From Mycobacteriales bacterium (GTDB lineage: Bacteria; Actinomycetota; Actinomycetes; JAFAQI01): a stretch of 64,000 nucleotides of DNA. Positions 44,624 to 53,049 of the stretch are shown here, one piece after another. Position 1 is the stretch's first letter. Every line of letters starts with the position of its first letter. The position numbers and the translations under genes are program-made. The notes beneath the pieces are model-generated. The model saw nothing but the letters and a program-made list of their open reading frames with translations, made no database searches and was not told the origin of the DNA. The DNA is taken from the NCBI GenBank assembly GCA_035547515.1, contig DASZUS010000056.1, forward strand, positions 40,451-104,450, in the 5' to 3' direction.

Positions 44624-46090
44624 GTGAGGGACGCCGTCGGGTTCGGCTCGATCGTGGCGCTTGCCGGGCTCGTCGGCCTTGCCGCAGTGCTGTCCAGCCA
44701 CCTGAGCTCGCGTACCCGGATCCCTAGCCCGGCACTGTTCCTGGTTGGCGGCGCGATTGCCGCCAATGCGGTGAGCAACTTCCACGTGCCCTCCGAGCGA
44801 CTCGTCGAGCGGGTCGTGACGGTCGCGGTAGCGCTGATCCTGTTCGACGGTGGCCTGCATCTGGGCTGGAACCGGCTGCGCCGTACCGCAGGAACGGTCC
44901 TGACTGTCGGCCTCGTTGGCACCCTGCTGACCGGCGCCGCGCTCGCCGTCGCCGCGCACCTCCTGCTCGACGTCTCGTGGTACCTGTCGCTGCTGGTGGG
45001 CACGGCACTCGCGCCGACCGACCCGGCAGTCGTCTTCTCGGTCTTGGGCAAACGGGAGATCTCCGGGTTGAGCGGCGCCCTGCTGGAAGGCGAGTCAGGG
45101 GCAAACGACCCCGTCGGGATCGCGCTGACGTCCGCACTGCTCGGCGCAGGAAGCGTGCAGGGCGGCGCTCTGGGCCATGCCGCCCTCGAGTTCGGCGAGC
45201 AGATCGTGATCGGGGCCGCCTTCGCCGCGGTCGGCGCGATCGCCCTGTTGTGGATGATGCGACGGGTGCCGCTCCCGAGTGAGGGCTTGTACCCCCTGCG
45301 CGTACTGGTGAGCGTCCTTCTGCTGTTCGGCCTCACCACGCTGGCCCACGGCTCGGGCTTCCTGGCCGTCTTCGGCGCCGGCATCGCGATCGGCGATGCC
45401 GGCGCGCCGTACAAGCGCGAGATCGTCCGGTTCCATTCGGCCTTGGCAAGCCTCGGCGAGATCGTGGCGTTCGTCATGCTCGGCTTGACGGTCAACTTCG
45501 ACGAGATCAGTCGATCCGACGTGTGGCTGCCGGCGCTGGCGATCTGGGCGGTCCTCACGATCCTGATCCGGCCGGCCTTGGTCGGCCCGTGTCTGCTGCG
45601 CAGCCCGCTTCGCCCGGGGGAACGCGGCTTCGTCCTCTTTGCCGGGCTGAAGGGCGCCGTCCCCATCCTGCTGGGAAGCTTTCTGCTCTCAGAGCACGTC
45701 GCGCACGCGGGGCGTCTGTACGCGGTCATCCTCATCGTCGTCACGCTGTCGGTGCTGGTGCAGGGCGGCCTCGTGACCACCGTCGCACGTCTGGCTCACG
45801 TCCAGATGAGAGACGTCGAACCGGAACCGTGGAGCCTCGGCGTGCGCCTCCTCCACGAGCCGCAAGGCGCCCAGCTCCTGACCATCGCGCGAGGGTCTGC
45901 TGCGGATGGTCGGCGGATCGACGACTTCGACTCGATCGCCCCCGGTGTCTGGCTGAGCATGATCGTCCGTAACGGCCAGCTCCTGCCCATCGAAGACTCG
46001 ACGGTGCTCACCGCAGGCGACGAGATCCTGGTGCTGGCAAGCCCCGACCAGGAAGCCGCGTTACGAAAAGCCGTCAGCCGTTCCAGATAG
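44624..46090 (+). CDS. K+/H+ (cation:proton) antiporter, CPA1/NhaP2-like with C-terminal TrkA-C domain
   Basis: 488 aa, GTG start after AGGAAGG. A membrane domain is followed by a soluble C-terminal domain (LLTIARGSAADGRRIDDF...GDEILVLASPDQ). Confidence 0.8.
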   Translation: MRDAVGFGSIVALAGLVGLAAVLSSHLSSRTRIPSPALFLVGGAIAANAVSNFHVPSERLVERVVTVAVALILFDGGLHLGWNRLRRTAGTVLTVGLVGTLLTGAALAVAAHLLLDVSWYLSLLVGTALAPTDPAVVFSVLGKREISGLSGALLEGESGANDPVGIALTSALLGAGSVQGGALGHAALEFGEQIVIGAAFAAVGAIALLWMMRRVPLPSEGLYPLRVLVSVLLLFGLTTLAHGSGFLAVFGAGIAIGDAGAPYKREIVRFHSALASLGEIVAFVMLGLTVNFDEISRSDVWLPALAIWAVLTILIRPALVGPCLLRSPLRPGERGFVLFAGLKGAVPILLGSFLLSEHVAHAGRLYAVILIVVTLSVLVQGGLVTTVARLAHVQMRDVEPEPWSLGVRLLHEPQGAQLLTIARGSAADGRRIDDFDSIAPGVWLSMIVRNGQLLPIEDSTVLTAGDEILVLASPDQEAALRKAVSRSR

Positions 46091-46130
46091 GTGGTCGCGG
46101 CAGTACCGGATCAGGCGGCACCCAGCACCG

Positions 46131-46916
46131 TCATCGCGTGGGTGCGACGATGGGACGGTCCAGCAGCCAGCTGAACACGCTGAGCGCCTGGGAGGGTGTC
46201 CAATCCCGCCACGGACTGGGGTGGCGCAGCAGGGCGCGCCCCTGAGGGCTGAGATCGTCGCGCAGCGTGGGCGGAAGATGCTGACCGGCGGAGTCCGGGC
46301 TGCCGTCGATGACGAATCGTTCCTGCCCAGCGGCGTTGAGGAAGATGACATCGTCGGAGTGCGCGATGTCGTAGGTGAGTGGCTTGCCGGTGAGCCAGTC
46401 GCGGTCGGCCGGAGCGCCCTCAGGTACGCGGTGGACGTACACCCCGAAGTAGCGCCAGAGCTTCCGCGTGTTGGCGGCGCTGGTCCGCAGCAGGTACCAG
46501 TTCGGTGGCGTCGATCCGTACAGCCGTTGATATGCCCTAAGCCGCGCCGCGGTGTCGCGGTGCGGGTCGATGCTGATCTCGAGCAGGGCGGTCCGGCTGC
46601 CGGCTCCATCGCGACCGAGGGTTCGCGCCATCGAAGCGGTGTTCGCCGAGGTCATCGGGCAGATGTCGGTGCAGAGGGTCATGAAGTCGGCGACCATCAC
46701 GGCCTTGCCGCGGAACGCTGCAAGGTCGGTGCGGCTGCCGTCGACTTCGGTGAGGGGCATCGTCGAGATCGCGTGAGGTAGGTGGCGGTCGACGACTGCG
46801 CCGATCCTGGCGGGCGGCGTGATCCGGTTCGCATGCGACTGCGACGTACCGCAGGCCGCGGTCACGGCGAAGACGAGTACGCCTGCTCCTGCGGCACGGT
46901 GCCCGCGGCGCGTCAC
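46131..46916 (-). CDS. SCO1/SenC family thiol-disulfide/copper chaperone lipoprotein
   Basis: GTG at 46916 overlaps the ClC stop (GTGA). It has the lipobox LVFAVTAACG and a CxxxC-type motif (FMTLCTDICP). Confidence 0.7.
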   Translation of the reverse strand: MTRRGHRAAGAGVLVFAVTAACGTSQSHANRITPPARIGAVVDRHLPHAISTMPLTEVDGSRTDLAAFRGKAVMVADFMTLCTDICPMTSANTASMARTLGRDGAGSRTALLEISIDPHRDTAARLRAYQRLYGSTPPNWYLLRTSAANTRKLWRYFGVYVHRVPEGAPADRDWLTGKPLTYDIAHSDDVIFLNAAGQERFVIDGSPDSAGQHLPPTLRDDLSPQGRALLRHPSPWRDWTPSQALSVFSWLLDRPIVAPTR

Positions 46917-48781
46917 GAGGCGGTCGGACCGGGTGACGAGACAGCGCCGCTGCGTACCGGCCGGGAAAACATCGACGGCAGCGGCAGAGCCTCGTCGGCG
47001 CGGGCGGGGTGGGCTCGGTTCGTGTAGGCGCGCAGGACGTCGCGGTGCGTCAGCCATCCAGCGACGGCGTCGCCGTCGACGACGGGTACGCCGGAACGGT
47101 CGTTGCCGACCAGGACCCGCAGCGCGTCATCGAGGGTCTGTTCCACCAGGACCGGTTGCGCCGCTACTGCCAGCTCAGCGGCGGTGGCCTCGACCGCGTC
47201 GTCGCGAGCCCCCGCCTCCAGCTGGGGCGCGGTCACGGTGCCTCGGTAGCGGCCCGCTTCGTCGACGACAGGCAGCGCATCGACCTCCTCGCGGTCGAAC
47301 CGCTCCAGGATCTCCTCGAGGGTCGCCTCCAGGCGCAATGGGTCGGGAACGGCGCGCATCGCTTCGCGGACCCGGATCTGGGTCATCAGGTTGCCGGCAC
47401 GGCCGCGCTGCAAGTCGATGCCCCGACGGCGGAGCTTGAGGGTGTAGATCGTCTCCCTAGAAAGCACCGTGGATGCGATCGTGGCGAGCACGATCGCCGC
47501 CATCAGCGGCAGCACGATGCGGTAGTCCCCGGTCAGCTCGAAGATGATCAGTACGGCGGTGATCGGGGCGCGCGCAGCTCCGGCGAAGACCGCGCCCATC
47601 CCGATCAGCCCATAGGCACCGGCGGGACCGGCCGCGCCGGGGAACAGCAGGTGGGCGAGATCGCCGTAGGCGGTGCCGAGCATGGCACCCATGAACAGCG
47701 AGGGTGCGAACACACCACCTGATCCGCCGATGGCGATGGTGAGGCTGACCGCGATGAGCTTGCCGGCAAGCAGGAGCATGAGGAACCCACCGTGGTAATG
47801 CCCTTCGATGCCTCGCTCGAGGACCGGGTACCCGACGCCGTACATCTGCGGCAACGCGAGCAGCAGCCCGCCAAGCAGGAGCCCGCCGCTGGCGGGCCGC
47901 AGCCACATCGGGCCCGGCCACCAGCGGTCGAAGACGTCCTCGAGCCCGTAGAGCACCTTGATGAAGGCGACCCCGACGAATGCGGCGACCACGCCCAGCA
48001 GCGCGTAGAGCAGGTAGTCCCAGCCGGAGGTGATGGTGAACGCCGGGAGCGGAAGGAATGGCTGATTACCGAATGCCGCGCGCCCGATGACGTCGGCAGT
48101 GACCGAGGACAGTACAACGATCCCGAACGACTCCGTAGCGAAGTCCCGCAGGATCATCTCCAGCCCGAAGAACACCCCTGCGATCGGCGCGTTGAAGGTC
48201 GCGGAGATCCCGCCCGCCGCGCCGCACGCGACCATCAGGCGAAGCCGGCTTTCCGGCAACCGCAGTCGCTGGCCGATCGTCGAACCGAGCGCCGATCCGA
48301 TCTGCACGATCGGGCCCTCGCGGCCCACCGAACCGCCGGTGCCGATGCACAGCGCCGACGCCAGCGACTTCACCGCCGCGACCGCGGGTGGGATGCGTCC
48401 GCCGCGTTCCGCGACCGCGAGCATGACCTCCGGTACCCCGTGGCCGCGTGCCTCCTTGGCATACCTGTCGATCAGCGGCCCGTAGATCAAGCCGCCGACC
48501 ACCGGCACCACGAGCAGGAAGAACACGCCGAGCCCGGGCAGATGCGGGCTGCCCACCCGTCCCGCGTCGCTGTAGTCGTGGCGGCCGGTCGCGAGCTCGG
48601 TCACCCACAAGATCAGGTAACGGAACAGCACTGCGCCGGCACCCGCGCCGGCACCGACGATGATCCCCAACGGCACCAGGCCGGTCGCCGAGCCACGGAT
48701 CCAGTCGAACAGCGAGTCCCGCAGGTCCACGGGCAGCGGGAGAACCGCGCTCGGCCGCCAGGCCCAGCGCTGCTCGCTCAC
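46913..48781 (-). CDS. ClC family voltage-gated chloride channel/antiporter with C-terminal CBS pair
   Basis: 622 aa. The selectivity motifs GSVGREGP and GIFAP-like (GGVFAPSLFMG) are present, and the C-terminus has two CBS domains. Confidence 0.9.
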   Translation of the reverse strand: MSEQRWAWRPSAVLPLPVDLRDSLFDWIRGSATGLVPLGIIVGAGAGAGAVLFRYLILWVTELATGRHDYSDAGRVGSPHLPGLGVFFLLVVPVVGGLIYGPLIDRYAKEARGHGVPEVMLAVAERGGRIPPAVAAVKSLASALCIGTGGSVGREGPIVQIGSALGSTIGQRLRLPESRLRLMVACGAAGGISATFNAPIAGVFFGLEMILRDFATESFGIVVLSSVTADVIGRAAFGNQPFLPLPAFTITSGWDYLLYALLGVVAAFVGVAFIKVLYGLEDVFDRWWPGPMWLRPASGGLLLGGLLLALPQMYGVGYPVLERGIEGHYHGGFLMLLLAGKLIAVSLTIAIGGSGGVFAPSLFMGAMLGTAYGDLAHLLFPGAAGPAGAYGLIGMGAVFAGAARAPITAVLIIFELTGDYRIVLPLMAAIVLATIASTVLSRETIYTLKLRRRGIDLQRGRAGNLMTQIRVREAMRAVPDPLRLEATLEEILERFDREEVDALPVVDEAGRYRGTVTAPQLEAGARDDAVEATAAELAVAAQPVLVEQTLDDALRVLVGNDRSGVPVVDGDAVAGWLTHRDVLRAYTNRAHPARADEALPLPSMFSRPVRSGAVSSPGPTAS

Positions 48782-49263
48782 AGCGACATGCCGAGAGCAA
48801 GCACGCTCTCCGGTGCCTCCCCAGCGGCCGCGTTGAAGACTCGCAGTGCCTCGATCAGGCGCTCCTGGTCCTCAGCCGGAATCCGTGCGATCACCTTGCG
48901 CAGCTCCCTGCGCCGTCGCGCGGTCACCTCGGACACCAGCGCACGGCCGTCAGCCGAGAGGCGTAACACGACCTCCCTGCGGTCGCTGTCGCTATGAACT
49001 CGCTCCACCAGCTCCTTCGCGACGAGCCGGTCGCACATCCGAGTCGCTGTCGAGGGGCTCACGTCGAGTGAGTCGGCGAGGTCGACAGGCCGAAGCTGCG
49101 ACCTGCTGGCGAGGACGACGAGCGCCCGGTACTGCGGAAGCGTGACCTGCTCCTCGAGGCCGGCGAGTGACCGAGCCGCGATCGCCACCAGCGCCCGGCT
49201 CGCGGTCACGAGGGACTCGGTCGCCGACTCCGCCGGCTCGGCTGCAGCAGACACTCTCGGCAC
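48778..49263 (-). CDS. MarR family transcriptional regulator
   Basis: It has a winged-HTH segment (LPQYRALVVLASRSQLRPVDLADSLDVSPSTATRMCDRLVAKELVERVHSDSDRR). The ORF opens with TTG at 49287, but that codon lies inside a palindromic operator, so I prefer GTG at 49263. Its stop overlaps the ClC start. Confidence 0.8.
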   Translation of the reverse strand: MPRVSAAAEPAESATESLVTASRALVAIAARSLAGLEEQVTLPQYRALVVLASRSQLRPVDLADSLDVSPSTATRMCDRLVAKELVERVHSDSDRREVVLRLSADGRALVSEVTARRRRELRKVIARIPAEDQERLIEALRVFNAAAGEAPESVLALGMSL

Positions 49264-49271
49264 GTCTTCAG

Positions 49272-49289
49272 TATTGCATGAGTGCAATA
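49272..49289. promoter_or_regulatory. 18-bp palindrome TATTGCATGAGTGCAATA, candidate MarR operator
   Basis: It has 7-bp perfect arms with a 4-nt spacer. It lies in the AT-rich divergent region between marR and the DUF4396 gene. Confidence 0.45.
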
Positions 49290-49373
49290 GTTTCCTCGTT
49301 GGATAGCGGACGGATCGGGGAAGTAGTCCCTGACGAGGAAGCGCAGAGAGGGCCGGACCGGCATGACCCCGTC

Positions 49374-50069
49374 GTGATACCGAGCTGGCTGACCTGGCTC
49401 AGCACCGCAATGCTCGTCGTCGGACTGCTGTCTGCAGCGGAGATCGCGGTGGACATCTCAGTGCGCGGCTACCGGCAGCCCATGCGAATCATGGAAGCTG
49501 TCTGGCCGGTTACCGGGCTCTACTTCGGCCCGGCGGCGAGCTGGGCCTATCGGAGCTTCGGCCGGCCCAAGTCCCCGCAATGGCAGCATGAGCGCGGTCT
49601 CCGCGGCCCGCAGCCAGAGCCTGACTGGGCTCCGGTGGCACTCGGGGTGACCCACTGCGGTGCAGGCTGCACACTGGGCGACATCATCGCTGAGTTCGCA
49701 GTGTTCGGCGTCGGTGCGACAGTGGCCGGTGAGCCGCTGTACGCGGAGTACGCCGGCGACTACCTTGCAGCGCTCGGCTTGGGCATCGCCTTTCAGTACC
49801 TCGCTATCGCCTCCATGCGCAACCTCAGCGTTCGTGCCGGGCTGTCGACCGCCGCCAAGGCCGACGTCCTCTCACTCACGAGCTTTGAAGTCGGCCTGTT
49901 CGACTGGATGGGCTTGGTGTACTTCGTGCTCTGGCCGGCTCCGCACCACCTCACTCCCTCCGCACCCACCTACTGGTTCTTGATGCAGGTCGGGATGGTC
50001 ATCGGCTACTTCACCGCGTGGCCCACCAACGTCTGGCTCATCAGGCGAGGCATCAAGGAAGGGATGTAG
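49374..50069 (+). CDS. DUF4396 domain-containing membrane protein
   Basis: It contains ...VWPVTGLYFGPAASWAY...GVTHCGAGCTLGDIIAEF...WPTNVWLIRRGIKEGM. The start is uncertain: I chose GTG at 49374, and the upstream in-frame ATG at 49278 is followed by AT-rich atypical codons. Confidence 0.65.
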   Translation: MIPSWLTWLSTAMLVVGLLSAAEIAVDISVRGYRQPMRIMEAVWPVTGLYFGPAASWAYRSFGRPKSPQWQHERGLRGPQPEPDWAPVALGVTHCGAGCTLGDIIAEFAVFGVGATVAGEPLYAEYAGDYLAALGLGIAFQYLAIASMRNLSVRAGLSTAAKADVLSLTSFEVGLFDWMGLVYFVLWPAPHHLTPSAPTYWFLMQVGMVIGYFTAWPTNVWLIRRGIKEGM

Positions 50070-50159
50070 GTCTGGGCGTGTCTGCACCACAGATGCCTAT
50101 TATTGCGCGACTACAATAATCTACTGGCTGCTTCGGATGGACGACACGCAAGGACACCG

Positions 50160-50285
50160 ATGGTCGAACCCGCTACGGGCGGGCGCGGACTGCAGATCGT
50201 CGCGGCCGTGGCGGAGCAATGGGGAGTCGCGGAGTTCATCGGCGGGAAGGACGTGTGTTTCCGGATGCGCGGGCCGCCCTCCTGG
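50160..50285 (+). pseudogene. orphan C-terminal fragment of an HATPase_c (anti-sigma factor/RsbW-like kinase) domain
   Basis: MVEPATGGRGLQIVAAVAEQWGVAEFIGGKDVCFRM resembles the final G2-box and beta strands of RsbW-type ATP-binding proteins. No upstream N-box is present, and it lies next to an AT-rich patch. Confidence 0.3.
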
Positions 50286-50441
50286 ACGCCCCAGCACGTC
50301 TGTCGCTGCCTTGGCGGCCCGAGGACGAGCCCGGGAGGCCTGCCGTTGCGGAGGTCGCCCAGCTAATGGTTCGAACTGCCCTTTGAGGGTTATGTTGACC
50401 GACAGATGCCTCCGGGCCTTCGGGCCAGCAAGGACGGTTCG

Positions 50442-51641
50442 ATGGCGACGATGGTCCTCTCGCACGTCGGGAAGGTGTACGAGGACGGTACGCGCGCGGT
50501 CACCGACCTCAACCTCGAGATAGAGGACGGCGAGCTCGTCGTATTCGTCGGCCCCTCGGGGTGCGGCAAGACGACCGCGCTGCGCATGGTCGCCGGTCTC
50601 GAGACGGTCACCGAGGGCCAGATCCTGATCGGCGATCGGGTCGTCAATGACGTCCCCCCACGAGACCGCGACGTGGCGATGGTCTTCCAGTCCTACGCGC
50701 TCTACCCGCACATGACCGTGCGGGACAACATCGGTTTCGGGCTCAAACTGCGCAAGATGGCGAAGCCCGAGCTCGACAAGCGTGTCGAGCACGCCGCCGA
50801 GATGCTCGGCCTGACCGACCATCTCGACCGCAAGCCGCGCAACCTCTCCGGCGGCCAGCGCCAGCGCGTGGCGATGGGGCGCGCGATCGTCCGCCAGCCG
50901 CACGCCTTCCTGATGGACGAACCGCTGTCCAACCTCGACGCCAAGCTGCGCGTCCAGATGCGCGCGGAGATCGGCAAGCTCCAGCGTGACCTCGCGGTCA
51001 CCACCATCTACGTCACGCATGACCAGACCGAGGCGATGACGCTCGGCCATCGCGTCGCGGTCATGCGCAGCGGGGTGCTCCAGCAGGTCGCGCCGCCGCA
51101 AGTGCTCTACGACCGCCCGAAGAACCTCTTCGTCGCCGGCTTCATCGGCTCACCCGCGATGAACTTCCTGTCGGGCGCTCTCCGCCAGGAGGACTCCGGA
51201 CAGTGGTCGGTGGAGCTCGGTACGCACCGGCTGCAGCTTCCGGAATCGGTGCTTTCGGCGAGGCCGGCACTGAAGGCAATGCGCGACAAGCCACTCGTCG
51301 TCGGGATCCGTCCGGAGGACATCGAGGATGCCGCGACGGCCGGACCGCAGGCCGGGCAGACCTTCCCCGCGGTCGCCGAGCTCGTCGAGCCGCTCGGCGC
51401 GGACATCATCGTGTACCTGTCGATCGACGCACCGCCGCTGGCCGACGCCGAAGGTCTCGCCGACCTCACCAGCGAGCTGGAGAGCTCGCCGTTGATCGCC
51501 GCCGGGAGCAGGTCCACGGTGATCGCGAGGTTCAACCCGCGCAGCCACGTCGACGTCGGCGACAACGTCGTCGTAGTGATCAACACCGAACGCCTGCACT
51601 TCTTCGACGCCGAGACCGGCGAGGCGATATGGGACCTCTGA
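50442..51641 (+). CDS. sugar ABC transporter ATP-binding protein (MalK/MsiK/UgpC-like)
   Basis: ATG at 50442 after AAGGA. It has Walker A (GPSGCGKTT), the signature LSGGQRQRVAMGRA, Walker B (FLMDEPLSNLD), and a C-terminal TOBE-like regulatory domain. Confidence 0.9.
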   Translation: MATMVLSHVGKVYEDGTRAVTDLNLEIEDGELVVFVGPSGCGKTTALRMVAGLETVTEGQILIGDRVVNDVPPRDRDVAMVFQSYALYPHMTVRDNIGFGLKLRKMAKPELDKRVEHAAEMLGLTDHLDRKPRNLSGGQRQRVAMGRAIVRQPHAFLMDEPLSNLDAKLRVQMRAEIGKLQRDLAVTTIYVTHDQTEAMTLGHRVAVMRSGVLQQVAPPQVLYDRPKNLFVAGFIGSPAMNFLSGALRQEDSGQWSVELGTHRLQLPESVLSARPALKAMRDKPLVVGIRPEDIEDAATAGPQAGQTFPAVAELVEPLGADIIVYLSIDAPPLADAEGLADLTSELESSPLIAAGSRSTVIARFNPRSHVDVGDNVVVVINTERLHFFDAETGEAIWDL

Positions 51642-51652
51642 GAGGAGCACAC

Positions 51653-53017
51653 ATGCGAAAAGGTCGAGCGGTCTACCTGGGGATCGCGATGACCGCGACG
51701 CTGTCGGTCGTGGCAGCGTGCGGGTCGAGCAGCTCCGGCGGCAGTCCGAGCACCAGCGCCACCAGCTCGTCGTCGTCGAGCGGGCTCGGCAACTTCTCCG
51801 GGCAGTCCTTCACCGTCCTCGGACAGTGGACCGGTGAAGAGCAGGCCGCCTTCCAGAACGTGCTCAAGGGCTTCGACCAGGCCACCGGCGCGAAGGCGCA
51901 CTACACCGCGGCCGCCGGCGGCGATGAGGCCACCGTGCTCGGCGCCAAGGTCAACGGCGGCACTCCCCCGGACGTTGCCACCATCTCGCTGCCCGGAGCA
52001 CTCGCGCAGTACGCGAGCGCCGGCAAGCTGGTGCCGGTCTCGGCGGCAGGGCAGCAGGCGACCGCCGACAACTTCGCCACGGAGTGGGCCACCCTGGGCT
52101 CCTACAAGGGCACCCTCTACGGCGTACCGATCGACGCCGCGAACAAGTCGACCATCTGGTACAACACCACCGCATTCAGCAACGCCGGGATCTCCACACC
52201 GCCGACCACCTGGCCGGCGCTGATCCAGGACGCCAAGACGCTCAGCGACTCAGGCGTGAAGGTGCCGATCTCGGTCGGCGGAGGCGACGGGTGGACGCTG
52301 ACCGACTGGTTCGAGAACGTCTACATCCGCACAGCCGGGCTCGCTGACTACGACAAGCTGACGCACCACCAGATCCCGTGGACCGACCCGTCCGTCACGA
52401 AGGCACTGGACACCCTCAAGCAGATCTGGGGCGACCCCACCCTGATCGGGAGCGCGAGCGCGGCGCTCAAGGTGCCGTTCACCGGTTCGGTGGACAACGT
52501 GTTCAAGGCCAACCCGACATCGGCGATGGTCTACGAGGCGAGCTTCGTCGCGTCCACGATCACCGGCGACAAGGACCCGGCACAGGTGGGCACCACCGCG
52601 AAGTTCTTCGGGTTCCCCTCGATCGACGGGTCTGCCCCGGTGCTCGAGGCGTCGGGCGACTTCGCCGTGGCGTTTTCCAAGAAGCCGGTCGTCCAGGCCT
52701 TCCTTACCTACCTCGCGAGCCCGCAGGCGGCGCAGGAGCTGGTGTCGTTCTCAGGCAGCGGCTTCCTGTCGGCGAACAAGAACCTGTCGACGTCGGCGTA
52801 CCCCAACGCGACGTTGGGGCAGCTCGGTCAACAGCTCGTGTCGGTCGGGAACAACTTCCGGTTCGACATGTCCGACCAGGCACCGGCCGCGTTCGGTGGT
52901 ACGCCGAACAAGGGCGAATGGGCGGACCTGCAGAGCTTCCTCGCCAACGGCAACGTGCAACAGGCCGAGCAGGCTCTCGAGAGGGACGCCAAGAACGCGA
53001 CAGGCTGGAGCAGCTGA
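51653..53017 (+). CDS. sugar ABC transporter substrate-binding lipoprotein
   Basis: ATG at 51653 after GAGGAG. It has the lipobox LSVVAACGSSSS, followed by a family-1 extracellular solute-binding protein-like sequence. Confidence 0.85.
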   Translation: MRKGRAVYLGIAMTATLSVVAACGSSSSGGSPSTSATSSSSSSGLGNFSGQSFTVLGQWTGEEQAAFQNVLKGFDQATGAKAHYTAAAGGDEATVLGAKVNGGTPPDVATISLPGALAQYASAGKLVPVSAAGQQATADNFATEWATLGSYKGTLYGVPIDAANKSTIWYNTTAFSNAGISTPPTTWPALIQDAKTLSDSGVKVPISVGGGDGWTLTDWFENVYIRTAGLADYDKLTHHQIPWTDPSVTKALDTLKQIWGDPTLIGSASAALKVPFTGSVDNVFKANPTSAMVYEASFVASTITGDKDPAQVGTTAKFFGFPSIDGSAPVLEASGDFAVAFSKKPVVQAFLTYLASPQAAQELVSFSGSGFLSANKNLSTSAYPNATLGQLGQQLVSVGNNFRFDMSDQAPAAFGGTPNKGEWADLQSFLANGNVQQAEQALERDAKNATGWSS

Positions 53018-53049
53018 CCGCGTTCGCGCAGCCCTGACGGAACCTGAGG

